In this document: one piece after another, positions 62,401-64,000 of the stretch
How positions within the stretch are numbered: the first letter of the stretch is position 1
Layout of the letters: the number at the start of each line of letters is the position of its first letter
Source of the DNA: Carcharhinus longimanus
Lineage: Eukaryota
NCBI GenBank assembly: GCA_030264375.1
Contig: JASCQW010000032.1
Coordinates: 31,738,617-31,802,616 of the forward strand
Direction: 5' to 3'
DNA length: 64,000 nucleotides
Position numbers and translations under genes: made by a program
Notes under the pieces: model-generated
Databases searched by the model: none
Told to the model about the DNA's origin: nothing
The model's input: only the letters and a program-made list of their open reading frames with translations

Positions 62401-64000
62401 GGAGAGAACACTGGATAGTGGCCCTCTGACTGGACCAACAGCTCTTGGAGGTGGGCCATCATTTTTAAGTGGATCCACTTCCTATAGTGACTTTCTTATC
62501 GGCCACCATTAGCAAGATGTCACCCCAGGAACCTACCATTTAGATTTCTATTTGGATCCATTAAGGGGCTGGTGAAAAGAAGGCCACTTATTATCTTTTC
62601 TTTTGTCCAACTGAGGCATCATCACAACTTCTTGGTTCATTAACAAATATCTATTTCCCCACCTTCCCTTGCTCATCCAAAATTATCTTCAAAGTAACAT
62701 ATGAAATTGATCTGAATCAGCCAATTCTCCATTCTTAGGTACATGTAGTTTTTATTTTTAAGAGCAGTATTGAATAACGAAAGTGTTTTACTGAGGAACA
62801 ATGTGCCTGACCTTTGTATTTCTTAAGGCTCAAATGAATGGTAAAAGGATTGGAGTGTTCAAACTATTCTATTCTCCAGAGGTGTACTGAACATGTCAAT
62901 CATATCCAAAGCAGTGGAAGTAAGTTGGTAAAATTCCCTGGGAAAGTTATCTGACCCAGAACCCAACCCACTCTGTATGTAAGATGGAATCTCTTAGCAT
63001 CTTGGAGGATGAATTATGAGTTACACTGACCTCATTAGATGCCGTGCGACCTGAGTAGCTTCCAAAAAATCTTTATTGAATTGAGTGGGTTGTGGAGAAG
63101 GAGAATGGCTGTTTATAAAGGTTAAGCAAGGAGTGGTGATTTTGCATGTATTTCAAGTTCAAATGCTGCACAGAAATACTGATTATTATTTTTTAAGCTG
63201 ATGGGCTATGGGTTCTCCAGACTAGTTCCCAGGCTCACAATATTTTTGTTTGATAAACAGAAGTGACCTCTTGTCACTTATGTTAAAATAATAGAATTCT
63301 CAGATCCAGCAAGTGACAGAGACTGTAACAAAATCAGATGGGATATCCTTGCATGACCGAGTTAAGACCACAATTGGGATTTTCCTTTGGACAGTAGCTA
63401 TTCTTCAATTCTATAACGCATGATCTGAAAAGAGCACTGTGATGGATTCCCATGTGGCATCAGTAGGTAGCAGAGATTCACTATTAGTCCTTCAGTAAGT
63501 CACAATTTGCATTTAAATTGAGTTGGCCAGAAGGAATGAATTTTCCACCAGCTGTAATCCAAAAGTAAAATGTTCCCACAGCAACCATTTCATAAGGAGA
63601 AGACCAATATCAGAGACTGTTGTAAGTTTTGATGTACAGATTCTGCAGGGTAGCAGGGAAGTTTCATATAGATGCTATAACAACTCGACAAATGTTTCAT
63701 TTTACACCTATCTTCTCCCATTGCACCTTCTTGTACAGCATTCATCATCCCTGAAGTCTTCAAAATCTCATTATCTTTCTTGTTTTCTTCTATTAAGGAT
63801 CAGTATACAAGTCAAGTGATAGTTGGACATTTTTTTCCCCTATTAAACTCAAGATAGAGGGAGCAATTTTACCACTGTGCCTGGCGATCAGCACAGCGAG
63901 CTGGGAAAATAGCGTGCAAAGCTTAAAAATCCAATTTGCGGCCAGTGTGAAATTGTTTGCTATTTTCCCAGCCCCTTTGAAGTGGCATGAACCATTAGAT

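Overview
Vertebrate-type, repeat-dense intergenic or intronic DNA with several N gaps. The repeat set (HE1-type V-SINEs, CR1/HER1 LINE ends, DeuSINE, Rex1, RTE, Penelope-like pLTRs, Harbinger fossils) points to a cartilaginous fish, probably a shark (inference). I found no intact host protein-coding gene; every recognisable ORF is a decayed transposon fragment (hAT, Harbinger transposase and Myb/SANT, Copia gag-pol, LINE RTs). Family names come from recalled consensus motifs, not database searches, and element boundaries are approximate unless a TSD or TIR is quoted. Most notable: (1) a U2-snRNA-like sequence at 39634-39809 with an elongated hairpin over the branch-site region, conserved stems IIa/IIb, an Sm-like site and a different 3' hairpin; (2) Penelope-type micro-insertions, one carrying a complete minimal type I hammerhead motif; (3) several local inverted duplications; (4) a bipartite Harbinger fossil whose Myb/SANT gene keeps splice sites; (5) a Copia-order LTR retrotransposon fossil split by a solo LTR.
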